Part shown: positions 17,893 through 28,000 of the stretch, in pieces
How the letters are laid out: the number at the start of each line of letters is the position of its first letter
Numbering within the stretch: the stretch's first letter is position 1
From: an uncultured Bacteroidaceae bacterium
GTDB taxonomy: Bacteria > CAIWAD01
Length of the DNA stretch: 64,000 nt
Assembly (NCBI GenBank): GCA_964568855.1
Contig: CAZMSD010000011.1
Location: 13,512-77,511, forward strand
Direction of reading: 5' to 3'
The notes under the pieces: generated by a model
What the model saw: only the letters and a program-made list of their open reading frames with translations
Told to the model about the DNA's origin: nothing
Database searches by the model: none
Made by a program: the position numbers and the translations under genes

Positions 17893-20490
17893 CTACATGC
17901 CGGTCTTCTCGGCAGGTCCCTCAGTCGTCTTCAGGTACGTATCACACCAGCGCACCACCTCCCAGAGCACGTGTCCGGCCGACTCGCGCGAGCGGTAGCC
18001 GTGGCCTTCCCAGGGCAACTTGACCAACCTTACATTCGCGCCCAGTCCTTTCAGGGCGTCGTAGAATCGCTCACTCTGCATGGGATAGGTGCCCGCATTG
18101 CTGTCCTCCATGCCGTGGATCATCAGCAGGGGCTCGTCGATTCTGTCCGCCTGCATGAAGGGCGACATTGCCAGGTACGTATCGCCCGCTTCCCAGAAAT
18201 TGCGCTCCTCCCCCTGGAAACCGAAGGGCGTGAGGGTGCGGTTGTAGGCTCCCGACCGACAGATTCCCGTGCGGAAGAGGTCCGTGTGCGCCAGCAGGTT
18301 CGCCGCGGTGAAGGCCCCGTAGGAATGTCCGCCGATGGCCAGCCGCCCCGGGTCGACGACTCCTCGTGACACGAAGTACTCCACTGCCGCCTCCGCCCCG
18401 GCCACGAGTTGTTCGATGTAAGTATCGTTGGGTTCCTCCTCCCCCTCGCCGACGATGGGCAGAGCGGGATTCGAGATCACGGCGTAGCCCTGGGTCAACA
18501 GGAACAGGGTCGAGATTCCCCGGGGACGGGAAAATCGGTTTTCGGCCGCGCGGACCTGTCCCGCGGAGCTGCGCGAGCGGAACTCCTGCGGGTAGACCCA
18601 GAACAGTGCCGGCAGCGGCTCGCCTTGCGCAGCGTCATGCCCGGGCGGAAGGTAGAGCGTGGCCGAGAGCTCCAGCCCGTCCGCGCGCAGGTAGCTCACA
18701 ACCTCCTTGTGCATGCCCGCCAGCTCCGGCGCTGGGTCGCGGTAGTCGTTGAGCCTGCGTAATTCGTAGTCTCCGGTGTTACGCGGGCCGGACTCCTCGA
18801 AAACTTCCTCGCTTCTCTTGCCCGCCTCTCCCGGCGCATCGGATTCTCGCGAATCGGAAGTCGGCACGCTCTTCCGCTCCAACAGAAAGTAGTTCCGCGG
18901 CTCCCGCTGCGATTCCCTGGCCAGGATCAGGCGGGAAGCGTCCGCGGCGAGGACATGCGCCACCCGCTCGTAATACGGATCGCTGCTCCGCCAGAGACGC
19001 TTGCTTTCCCAGGTGCGCAACTCGTAGCGATCGAGGAAGGGATAGACGCCCTCGGGCGTTGCCCCTCGTCCGGTCAAGTAGATTTCCCCGCCGTCGGGCG
19101 TGAAGAGCAGCACGCTGCGTCCCCAGGGCCCGACGGTCTGGACCGGATGGCCGGGGTCGCCGTAGCTGTCATCCATGTCCAGTTCCATCAACCGGCGCGG
19201 GCTGCGTGTTACATCGCCGGGGGACACGCGCCAGACCCGCAGTTCGCGACTCTTGCGCCAGGATTCGTAGAGCAGGGCCGTGTCGTCCCTGCCCCAGGCG
19301 ATCCCTGCGTAGCGGAGTTCCAGACGGATCAGCTGTTGCACTTCGCCGGTGAAGGGCTCTTCCAGCATGTAGTACGCGTCGCGGAACTCGGATTCGCGAT
19401 CCGGGTCGCCGCCGTCCAGGGCCTCCACCCAGCATAGCGTCGCCGGGGCGTCGTTCCGCCAGCGGACGCTGCGCGGGCCTTCGCGCACGGAGCCGAATCC
19501 CATAGGTACTTCCTCGGCCAGCGGCAGGTCCGCCAGCAGAAAGACCGGATCTCCGCCGGCGTCCAGCACTTCGATCCGCTTGGGGAAGCGCCAGGCCGGC
19601 ACTGCGCGGGAGTAGGGCCGGTGGATCGTCTCCACCAGGATCCAGCGGCCGTCCGGGGAAGGCGAAACATTGTCGATGACGGAAGGACGGGCGAGCGGCT
19701 CCTGCTTGCCGTCCAGCATGATCCTCACGAGCTCCGACGTACAGTAGTACTCGAAGAGCCGCTCGTCGCGCTCCGTGCGAATCAGGTTCTGCCAGGTGTA
19801 GCCGGCCGCCTTGCGACCCAGGCTTTCCTCGATCAACGGGCCGGACAAGGGATCCTCTTCCGGAACGGGGCCGCGATCCTCGGGCACAAGCCGGCAGATC
19901 AGCCCGCGACCTCCGGGCAGCCAGTCGAAGGGCCGTCCGTACGCGGCGTTCAGGCGTGGTCCGACCAGGCGGCGGGTTTCCACGGCTTCCGTGTCACAGA
20001 CCCAGAGCTCGATGCCCTCCCCGGTCGTGTTGCTGAAGACGAAATGCCGTCCATCCGGAGACCAGTGCGGCGATCCGGGGCGAGCGCCCCGTGGAAGCCG
20101 GACGGCCCATCGTTCATCGCTTCCCAGGTCCAACAGTTCGAAGCCGGAATAGGACCACTCGTAGGCGGGCCCGTTGCTGCGTGGGTCGATGCGCAGGCCG
20201 GCCGTTTCCACGGCGTCCACGGCCAGTTCCTCCAGCGCGGGCAAGGATCGCTGTTCCACGAGTACGGCCAGGCGATTTCCCGGCGCGATGGAGATCCAGG
20301 GAGCCGAGGGCGCGCCCTGGATCCTGGCGATGGGATCGGGCGGTCGCATGTAATCCTCTCCGAGCGCTGAAAGGGCAAGGATCAGCAGGGCGCAGGTCAG
20401 ACCGGGCAACCCCGTGGGAACTCCCCCGGGCAGGCTGCTCGGGCGGTCGAGGTTCTTCGAAGTGGGGCCGATAATATCCCTGGTCGTCAT
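17893..20490 (-). CDS. S9 prolyl oligopeptidase family peptidase (glutamyl endopeptidase-like)
   Basis: GGHSYGA nucleophile, SGAYNRTLTPFGFQ, HGMED, EGHGY; N-terminal beta-propeller region. Confidence 0.93.
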   Translation of the reverse strand: MTTRDIIGPTSKNLDRPSSLPGGVPTGLPGLTCALLILALSALGEDYMRPPDPIARIQGAPSAPWISIAPGNRLAVLVEQRSLPALEELAVDAVETAGLRIDPRSNGPAYEWSYSGFELLDLGSDERWAVRLPRGARPGSPHWSPDGRHFVFSNTTGEGIELWVCDTEAVETRRLVGPRLNAAYGRPFDWLPGGRGLICRLVPEDRGPVPEEDPLSGPLIEESLGRKAAGYTWQNLIRTERDERLFEYYCTSELVRIMLDGKQEPLARPSVIDNVSPSPDGRWILVETIHRPYSRAVPAWRFPKRIEVLDAGGDPVFLLADLPLAEEVPMGFGSVREGPRSVRWRNDAPATLCWVEALDGGDPDRESEFRDAYYMLEEPFTGEVQQLIRLELRYAGIAWGRDDTALLYESWRKSRELRVWRVSPGDVTRSPRRLMELDMDDSYGDPGHPVQTVGPWGRSVLLFTPDGGEIYLTGRGATPEGVYPFLDRYELRTWESKRLWRSSDPYYERVAHVLAADASRLILARESQREPRNYFLLERKSVPTSDSRESDAPGEAGKRSEEVFEESGPRNTGDYELRRLNDYRDPAPELAGMHKEVVSYLRADGLELSATLYLPPGHDAAQGEPLPALFWVYPQEFRSRSSAGQVRAAENRFSRPRGISTLFLLTQGYAVISNPALPIVGEGEEEPNDTYIEQLVAGAEAAVEYFVSRGVVDPGRLAIGGHSYGAFTAANLLAHTDLFRTGICRSGAYNRTLTPFGFQGEERNFWEAGDTYLAMSPFMQADRIDEPLLMIHGMEDSNAGTYPMQSERFYDALKGLGANVRLVKLPWEGHGYRSRESAGHVLWEVVRWCDTYLKTTEGPAEKTGM

Positions 20491-20769
20491 TGCGCGTGCT
20501 CCAGTGTTTTCAACCGGCGGCGGCCGGCCGACCAGCGTGTGTCACACGAATTGATCCGGTTGCTGAGGTCCGGGGATGATACTCACGGCAATATACCTGT
20601 GCCGCAGGACAACGCCGGTTTTCGAACTCCGACGGAAATCGCCGCGGCGAGTTGAAACCTGCTATCGCGGGAAATGCGGCTGTGGCCTTGGGGAATATCG
20701 ACCGGCAACGCGCGGCGCGGGACCGTCGAAGACGACCGGCTTGGCCGAGACGGCCGGTGGACCGTCCCG

Positions 20770-21153
20770 CTAATCCTCCCAGTGGCCTACCGTGCCGTGT
20801 GCTTCGACGGAGACGTAGTTCCCGTTGCAAAGACAACTCGAGGCGATCAGCACCTCTTCGCCATCCTCCAGAACCAGGAGCCAGAACGTGTCCTCGAGGT
20901 TCGGCGCGCTGGCGAAGATGTGCAGTTCCTCGCCTTCGTGGGCATCGAAGCCGTAGGTCCAGGGCAACTGGACGTCTTCCTCCCGGTGCAGGAAATCCGG
21001 GCTCTCGTAGACGATGTCCACGTATCCCGCCGTGCCGCCCACCTGCAGCTCCACGTGATAGAGCCGCTCTTCCGGCTTCAGGCAGGAGATCCAGACCAGC
21101 GGGAGCAGCAGGAGGGCGCCTGCGGTGGCGAGAGACCTGGCGACGCACTCCAC
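20770..21153 (-). CDS. hypothetical exported/lipoprotein with small Ig-like domain
   Basis: Hydrophobic leader ending WISC; VDIVY...LPWTY pattern; start uncertain (GTG 21153 chosen). Confidence 0.55.
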   Translation of the reverse strand: MECVARSLATAGALLLLPLVWISCLKPEERLYHVELQVGGTAGYVDIVYESPDFLHREEDVQLPWTYGFDAHEGEELHIFASAPNLEDTFWLLVLEDGEEVLIASSCLCNGNYVSVEAHGTVGHWED

Positions 21154-21386
21154 GGAACGCCGCGCAAACAGCCGTCCGCGCGGCTTACGATGATTGCGGC
21201 GCCAGGGAGCCGGACGAAATCCGTGGTTCATCTTCCATCCGAATGGTACCGGGGGGAGGGTGGTCTTCGGTCCTGGGGGGTGCACTGCTGCTTCAACGGA
21301 ACTCGCAGTAGCAAGGTTCCCGGCTCCCGCATGAAGAAGGCCCCGCAAACGGGGCCAAAATCTTGTTCATCGAATAATCGAGGGCG

Positions 21387-22565
21387 CTAGTTCTGTTCCT
21401 CGGCCAGCTTCTCCCGCAGGCGCTCCAGCTCCTGCTCCGCCTTGCGGCGCTCGGCGCGGATCTTCTCCAGCTCGAGGTCCAGGAACTCCGCGCCCTCTTC
21501 CTCGGCGCCCAGCCAGTCGATGATTTCCCGTTCGCTCATCCCGGTCTTCTCGCGCATCTCCCAGTCCCGTTCGCTCTCGGGACGTACTTCCGCGAAGGAA
21601 TCGAAGCGGCGGAACGTGGTGCTGGGCATGAAGCTTATCTTGCCGGCCAGGCGCCAGGCGGGATAATAGTCGGGGAAGTCCGTGTTCGGCCGGGTCTGCT
21701 CTCTGACAACACCCGCCGGAACACCTTGATCCGCGTAATACAACTCCGGTCCGCTCTCCAACAGGCGCAGGTCCAGCCCCAAGGTTACAGACAGGCCCGC
21801 GAAGGCGCGAAAGGTCATTCCAGGCTGGAGCCAGATCACGTTGGCGCGAGTGTATGCGTACTTGCTTGGACGCTGGAGAAAGATGTTGCCGTATAGTTCC
21901 CCGAAGAAGTCCCATCGACGGGTCGGGTAGCGATATGCAAACGCATATTCCAGGTCATGTGAGACATTGGAGAATATATCGAGGGCTTCCGTGGAACCGC
22001 CGTCGTTATGATTGAGGTAGCCCAGATTGAAATGCATGCTGGGACCTTCCAGCGGGTAGAGTACGTTCGTGTAGTAGCTGAACGTGGTGCTAATCAGGAC
22101 TTCGTTGGCGCCGCCGTTGTATGGTTCAAGGTATACATTGTAAATCTTGGCGGAATGCGCCCTGAAACCAAGGACCACGCCCCAACCGATGGTGCGGTTG
22201 AACATGTTCATCTGGAAGCCGCCGAACTTGAAACGCAGGTAGACATCGTCCGGTGAGTTGTAGGTAACGTCTCCCGTGCCGCTGAGATTGAGATCCTGAA
22301 AGAGCATGGGCGCAACTTCCAGCTCGATGTGGGGACTGAATCCAAAACTCAGCGTCAACGCCTGGCTGACGTTTGAAAGATTCCGACCGCTTGCGGTAGT
22401 GGCCCAACCTCGCGTATGCAGCTGGACCGCCAGGAGCCCCGGTTGCAGGTTCGTGCTGGTGTAGGTATGAAAGAGACTGTTGCCCCCCAGGAACTGGGTG
22501 GCCGCCTGGGCGCCGGTTCCGATGAGGATCAGCGTCCCGCAGATGACTCCAAGAACCTTCTTCAT
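21387..22565 (-). CDS. putative outer-membrane beta-barrel protein with C-terminal coiled coil
   Basis: Signal peptide, alternating aromatic/hydrophobic strands, charged heptad C-terminus. Confidence 0.65.
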   Translation of the reverse strand: MKKVLGVICGTLILIGTGAQAATQFLGGNSLFHTYTSTNLQPGLLAVQLHTRGWATTASGRNLSNVSQALTLSFGFSPHIELEVAPMLFQDLNLSGTGDVTYNSPDDVYLRFKFGGFQMNMFNRTIGWGVVLGFRAHSAKIYNVYLEPYNGGANEVLISTTFSYYTNVLYPLEGPSMHFNLGYLNHNDGGSTEALDIFSNVSHDLEYAFAYRYPTRRWDFFGELYGNIFLQRPSKYAYTRANVIWLQPGMTFRAFAGLSVTLGLDLRLLESGPELYYADQGVPAGVVREQTRPNTDFPDYYPAWRLAGKISFMPSTTFRRFDSFAEVRPESERDWEMREKTGMSEREIIDWLGAEEEGAEFLDLELEKIRAERRKAEQELERLREKLAEEQN

Positions 22566-22600
22566 GGTTCTTCCTCCGTTTCCAGGCAGACTGCCGGGCT

Positions 22601-23164
22601 TTAGTTCAGCCGCTGGGCCAGAACCACGGCATTCAAGAAGATGCCTACCTTGGCCACAACATCGACGACATTCGAAACCACGTTATAGGCGCTGCCGGAA
22701 ACGATCACCGTATCCCCCGGCTGCATCTCAGGAATCAGGCTCTGGTCGCCCGTTTCAAGATAGCGCCTGATATCGACTTCGAGAATTTCTTCACGCTGAT
22801 TGACCAGTCGGACGATTCGGACGTTGTCCAGCCGCGATCGGTCGGTGGGTCCGCCCGCCACCGAAAGCAGGGTAATCAGGTCCGTTCCGCTCGGGATGTT
22901 GTACTGTCCCGGCTTGCTGACCTTGCCCCAGACATTGACCGTTATGTAGATCCCGTCTTCATCGCCGAGGAAATACTGGGCGGCCCTGTTTCGTGTATCG
23001 GCAGCCCCAAGGTATTGATTCAACTCCTCGGCCAGGAGCTGCATCGGCAGTAGAAAGGCACTCAGCAGAACCAGAAAGCGAGCGAATCGGTGTACGGTGC
23101 CCAAGCACCCTCCCTGTTTAACATGACATCTGAATGCAATGGAATCCCGTGCATGCGAACTCAC
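22601..23164 (-). CDS. SLBB (soluble ligand-binding beta-grasp) domain protein
   Basis: VNVWGKVSKPGQY, LITLLSVAGG, MQPGDTVIV; true start probably near 23105. Confidence 0.82.
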   Translation of the reverse strand: MSSHARDSIAFRCHVKQGGCLGTVHRFARFLVLLSAFLLPMQLLAEELNQYLGAADTRNRAAQYFLGDEDGIYITVNVWGKVSKPGQYNIPSGTDLITLLSVAGGPTDRSRLDNVRIVRLVNQREEILEVDIRRYLETGDQSLIPEMQPGDTVIVSGSAYNVVSNVVDVVAKVGIFLNAVVLAQRLN

Positions 23165-23170
23165 GAAGTT

Positions 23171-24013
23171 CTAAAAAGTAAAGGAAATCCAGTTGGATTC
23201 GGAGCCGGAAAGCGAACATTCCTCCGGATTCGAGGGCAGACCCAGCGCCGTGGAATCCGCGCTGATGATCGCATCCACCCTGAGCGTCCACTGCCCCGGC
23301 GGCAGCCCGATTCCCTGCAGGTCCCAGCGGCGGTGCATGGTGGGCTGCAGGTCGGCGCTGACTTCCCGGAACCAGGCCAGCCCGCTCTGCTGTGGGTCGG
23401 CGATCAGCACGTGGAACCCGATGAAGCGTTCGTCGTCGAAAAAACCGACTTGCCAGCTCACGTCCAGCGTATCGTTCAGGACCTGGACCCAGCTGGGGCT
23501 GATGGCCGGCGGAGCCCACAGCAGGTAGGTGGCGGTGTCCGAGGGCTGGCTTCGATTCCCGCTGCTGTCCAGGGCCCGAACGTAATACCAGGCCCGCTCG
23601 CCGCAGATCGATCCCAGGGGCAGCAGCTCGCTGTCGAAATCATCGAATACGTAGTACTCAGGGTCGCCGACGATGAAGCCCTCCGGATCCTCGTCGAGTA
23701 GGATGAACTGAGAATCGGGGTGCTCCGACCTGTAAATCTCGAATCCGGACAAATCGTCGGGTATCGGCTCCAGGTCCCATTCGATGCGGATACCCTGGTT
23801 GTCTTCCGCCGCGTCCATTCCTCTTTCAGGAAAAGGATATTCGGACCCGCCGGGGCAGGTCTTCTCCAGCATCCGCGGCGCCTCTGGAGAAACCAGGTCC
23901 TCGTCGCCCGAGGACAAGGCGCAGGATGCCGCCAGGACCGCCGCGAATAGAAGCGGCAGAGCCGTCTGCGGAATACCGGCCAGTCTCCGGTCGTCTTTCG
24001 TTTTTTGTCTCAT
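23171..24013 (-). CDS. lipoprotein with Fn3-like domains
   Basis: Lipobox LAASC; GFEIYRS and WYYVRALDSSGNRS Fn3 signatures. Confidence 0.72.
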   Translation of the reverse strand: MRQKTKDDRRLAGIPQTALPLLFAAVLAASCALSSGDEDLVSPEAPRMLEKTCPGGSEYPFPERGMDAAEDNQGIRIEWDLEPIPDDLSGFEIYRSEHPDSQFILLDEDPEGFIVGDPEYYVFDDFDSELLPLGSICGERAWYYVRALDSSGNRSQPSDTATYLLWAPPAISPSWVQVLNDTLDVSWQVGFFDDERFIGFHVLIADPQQSGLAWFREVSADLQPTMHRRWDLQGIGLPPGQWTLRVDAIISADSTALGLPSNPEECSLSGSESNWISFTF

Positions 24014-24027
24014 CGCTAGCTGAAGCC

Positions 24028-25065
24028 TCAGAATCGATAGATGAAACTCATCCGGTGCACCCGGCCAAGGTCGTGGTCAAAACCGGCATAGTCCAGGTCC
24101 AGCGGTCCCAGGTTGAATCCCGCCCCGTATGTCCAGCGCTCTTCGGGATTCATCAGACCGGCCCTGATCCTGATCCGCCTTAGATAGCTGATCTCCAGCC
24201 CACTGCCCTGGGTGATGTCGTAGCGATAATCTACATCGTGGCTCAGGGTCCAGGAAAGGGCGCCCGTCGTGTTGCGCCAGCTCGCTCCCAGCACGTAGCT
24301 GTAGCGAATGGCGTCCGTGCCGCCATCCCACTTGAGGCCCGTGTTGGTGAAATTGTCGAAGCGAGCCGCCAGCCCCAGCTCGCCCGAGTTCCTGAAACCC
24401 GTGATGTCCTCGATCCCGGCCAGCACCTGGACCCCCGCGTCCACTCCCAGACCCAGGCCGCTCTGGCCGTAGAGTTCGCTGCCCAGCACCTTGAAATTCA
24501 GCCCGTAGGGGATCTTCAGCGGGACTTCGTGATACAACCAGCCGAAATTGAGCACGGTCTCGTTCATCTTGGCGAAGCTCAGGTACAGCGCCTGCTCCAC
24601 GTTGCTGAAATGGCCCAGGGGCGCCCCTCCGCGGGCCTCGATGGCCGCCCGCCGCTCCTGGAAGGTGTATTCGGATTCGGGATAATCGGCGAAGACGGGG
24701 ATGTCCTGTACCTGGAAACGCAGGTAGTTGAGGGCCAGGTTGGCCAGGCCGATGGGCATCGAACAACCCAGGTGAGCGTAGTGTCCCAGCGCGTCCACTG
24801 GCCCGCCGAAGTCGGCGGCCGCCATCCCGCAGACCGTTACGCCGTTCTCGTGCGCCAGGCCCGCCGGATTCCAGAAAAAGGCGAAGGGACTGTCGGCGAC
24901 CGAGCACATGGCGCGTCCCATGCTCAGTCCGCGTGCGCCGATGCCCAGTTCCAGGAATTCCCCGGCGTACTTGCCCGCCCGGGCCGCTCCCGGCAGCAGC
25001 AGCGCGATGAGGAGACAGGCGCGGGTACGGGCGAGTCCGGTCTTTCGTCTCACGAGGTCCCTCAC
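24028..25065 (-). CDS. PorV family outer-membrane protein
   Basis: EFLELGIGARGLSMG, FWNPAGLA, GLGVDAG, LDYAGFDHDLGRVHRMSF; 4-nt overlap with the C25 gene. Confidence 0.85.
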   Translation of the reverse strand: MRDLVRRKTGLARTRACLLIALLLPGAARAGKYAGEFLELGIGARGLSMGRAMCSVADSPFAFFWNPAGLAHENGVTVCGMAAADFGGPVDALGHYAHLGCSMPIGLANLALNYLRFQVQDIPVFADYPESEYTFQERRAAIEARGGAPLGHFSNVEQALYLSFAKMNETVLNFGWLYHEVPLKIPYGLNFKVLGSELYGQSGLGLGVDAGVQVLAGIEDITGFRNSGELGLAARFDNFTNTGLKWDGGTDAIRYSYVLGASWRNTTGALSWTLSHDVDYRYDITQGSGLEISYLRRIRIRAGLMNPEERWTYGAGFNLGPLDLDYAGFDHDLGRVHRMSFIYRF

Positions 25066-28000
25066 TTGATCTTGGCCATTTTGCCGACGCGCGTCAGCTC
25101 ACGCCCGCCCCGCTCGGCGACGAAGCGGTAGTAGTACACGCCGTTGGCCACCAGGTCGCTCCGGTGATCCCTGCCGTCCCAGAAGATCTCGCCGTAGCCG
25201 ATCACCGTACCCTGGTGATACAAGGTCCGGATGCGCCGGCCGGAAACCGTGTAGATCTCCACCCGCGCCCGCTCGGCCGTGTCCGTCAGGCTGAAGGCGA
25301 AGCGCGTCTGCCGGCGGAAGGGATTGGGATAGTTCCCGATGTGCAGCAGCGCGAAGTGGTCCGCCACCAGGAAGCGATGGGTCGCGGCGGTCGTGTTGCC
25401 CGCGGCGTCGGTGGCCAGGATCTCCAGCGTGTGCAGGGAGTCCGCCGGCAGGCCGTCGAACTCGGGCGAGTACCGGACAGACAGTTGTCCGCTCTCCGGA
25501 TCGGCGTTGAAGGACAGGTCCTCGCGGGGAATCTCGCCGCCGTCCAGCTCCAGCCGGAAGGCGCTGGAATCGGACCTGATGCCGTTGCGGTCCCAGAGCA
25601 GGAAGTTGAAGACCGGGGCGCGCGGCACGTAGCCGCCCTCGGTAAAGACCTGGTCGTTGACGCTCAGCTCCACCCTGGGGGCCTCGGTGTCGTACAATCT
25701 TCCCAGGGCGAAACCCACAAAGGCGGACAGCATGAAATCGACCTGCAGGGTGTCGCCGCTCAATTGCGCCGGGAGAATCTCCAGGGACACCAGGGACTCC
25801 GTCTCCCCGTCCAGGCCCAGCAGCCGGACCTGGTTCACGGACGAGCTGTCATGGCCGGTTTCGCGATAGGCTCCCTCCGGTTGGGGAAGCGCGCCCTCAT
25901 CCAGCGCGGCGATCGAGTAAACAGGTGAAATCAGCTGGAGATCCGGCTGGCGCGACAGGAATCGCTGCTCTTCGAGTCTCCCCACGCGAGCCACCCCCGA
26001 AGCACTCGCCTCGGAGGGCTTCCGCAGGCTAAGCAGTCCGTCGATCTCGCGCCAGCCGCTGTCCGCATCCGTGGCGGGATGCAGGAAGAGCGGATCCTGG
26101 ACGAAGTGGAACTGCGGCTGTTCCGTTTCCTCCAGTACCAGACCGCCGGGATCGACGAGCATCCTCAGCGTGTCACCCAGCAGGCCGCGTTCCACGGGGA
26201 ACTCGAATTCGCGGCTTTCACCGGCCGGTACAGCGGGCGAGGTCCAGGAGTGCAGGCTGTCTCCCGCGGCTCCCGTCAGCCGCAGCTCGACCGGGGCCAG
26301 GTCGAGCTCGCCCGCGTTCTCCAGGCGCAGCGCCAGCTTGCCGCCGTGACGCTCACCATAGCCCCTCAGGCCCAGCAGGGCATCCGGCGCGGGATCCTCG
26401 ATCAACAGGTAAAGGTCGGTGCTGAGCTCCTCGATTCCGCCGTAATACACCCGGAATCGTGTCACCAGAGTGTCTCCCTGCTGGAAGGGCCCGATGCCCT
26501 CCGTCGTCTCGAAGCGCTGCGGGTCCATCGGATCGGGCTGCAGTTCCAGCTCGTAGTCCGTTTCGGGCCAGGCCGGAGATCCGACAGATACGTCCGCCAG
26601 CAGGCTGTCGATGGGCTCGGGAGCCGCCGCCAGAAGCGTTATGTAGATCGAGTCGCCGGCCATCGGCTGCTCGGGAAGGAATCCGGCTCCCCAGAGATAC
26701 GCCTGCTCCAGGCTGTCCGCGTAGTGGAACCAGGTCACGCCGCTGCTTGCTGTCCCCGTTTCCGGCTCGTCCAGCAGCAGGCGGACGCTGGCCGGGCGCC
26801 CGCCCCTGAAGAGCGTCTCGGGCGCGGGGATCTCGAGCGACCAGGTCGAATCAGCGCCGACTTCCAGGGCGTGGGTCTGCACCCCGTCCACGAAGTCGCC
26901 GTCCTGTAACACGGGGTGCGCCGCGGTTGAATGGATTTCCAGCCACCCCTGCGCCGAGGCCGACTCCGCGGAGCCGAAGAGCTGCAGCATTCCGCCCGCC
27001 TCCACGACCGGGGCGGTCAGGCCCAACCGGCGATCCGGCTGGGGCACTTGGGGCTCGAGGGAGGGCAGGCCGAGCACCGTGGCGAGCTCGATGGCCGAAC
27101 GGCCGATGCGCGCCTCGAGTTCCTCCTCCTGCCCGGCAACGTGCACCACATGAATGCGCTGCTCGGCCAGGCGCAGGGCTTGTGATACGCTGATGCCCGG
27201 ATTGCCCAGCAGGTATTCGTAGAAATAGCCGACCAATTCGGTGCCCGTCACCTGGAAACCGAGTCCCGTGGATCCGAGCACCCCCGCCGCCCCCATGGGA
27301 CCGGCGTTTAGCAGTGCCTTGCCCAGCGAATTGGCGGATTCCAGGCTGGCGATGTGACACGTGGCATTGGTGACGAATGACAGGCGCCGGGAATTGCTCA
27401 GCGAGGGCACGTCTTCGCTCCGAAACAGGTTGTCGTCGTGCCACACCGCGCCGCCGCCGTGACCTGAGTAGTTGACCAGCAGCTGGCCCTGGTCGAAGAG
27501 CGCGATCAGCTCTTCCGTGCCGCCACTGTAGAGTGTGGCCGTTTCCCCCACTTCCAGGCGCCGGAGGAAGTGGGTGGCCGGGATCCGCGTGCGGACCAGC
27601 TCCTCGGTCTGCTCCTGGAATATCCCCGCGTCCTGGGAGCGGGCGCCGGCGATCATCAGGATCCGGTTCCTCCAGGCGCCCCCGTCGGCATCTTCGTAGG
27701 CCAGGGCCTTGGCAACCATGTTTTCCAGGTCCGCTTGTGAATCCATGGGCCAGCGCGCCACGAGTGCCGAATAATCCGCGCCGTACTCCGAAGTGACCAG
27801 CCACTCGTCGGTGGACGCACCGCCCCACCCGTAGACCTGCCGGAACCAGACCGGGAGCAATGGCGCACCGTCGGCCAGGGCTTCCCGCTGGCTGCGGCCT
27901 GCGCCGCCCAGCAGCAGGACGTAACTCGGCGCCCCGGTCCAGGTTTCCAGCGCGGTCCTTACGAAGCGCCGCAGCGCCTGCGGTCGGAACTTGCCGTGGC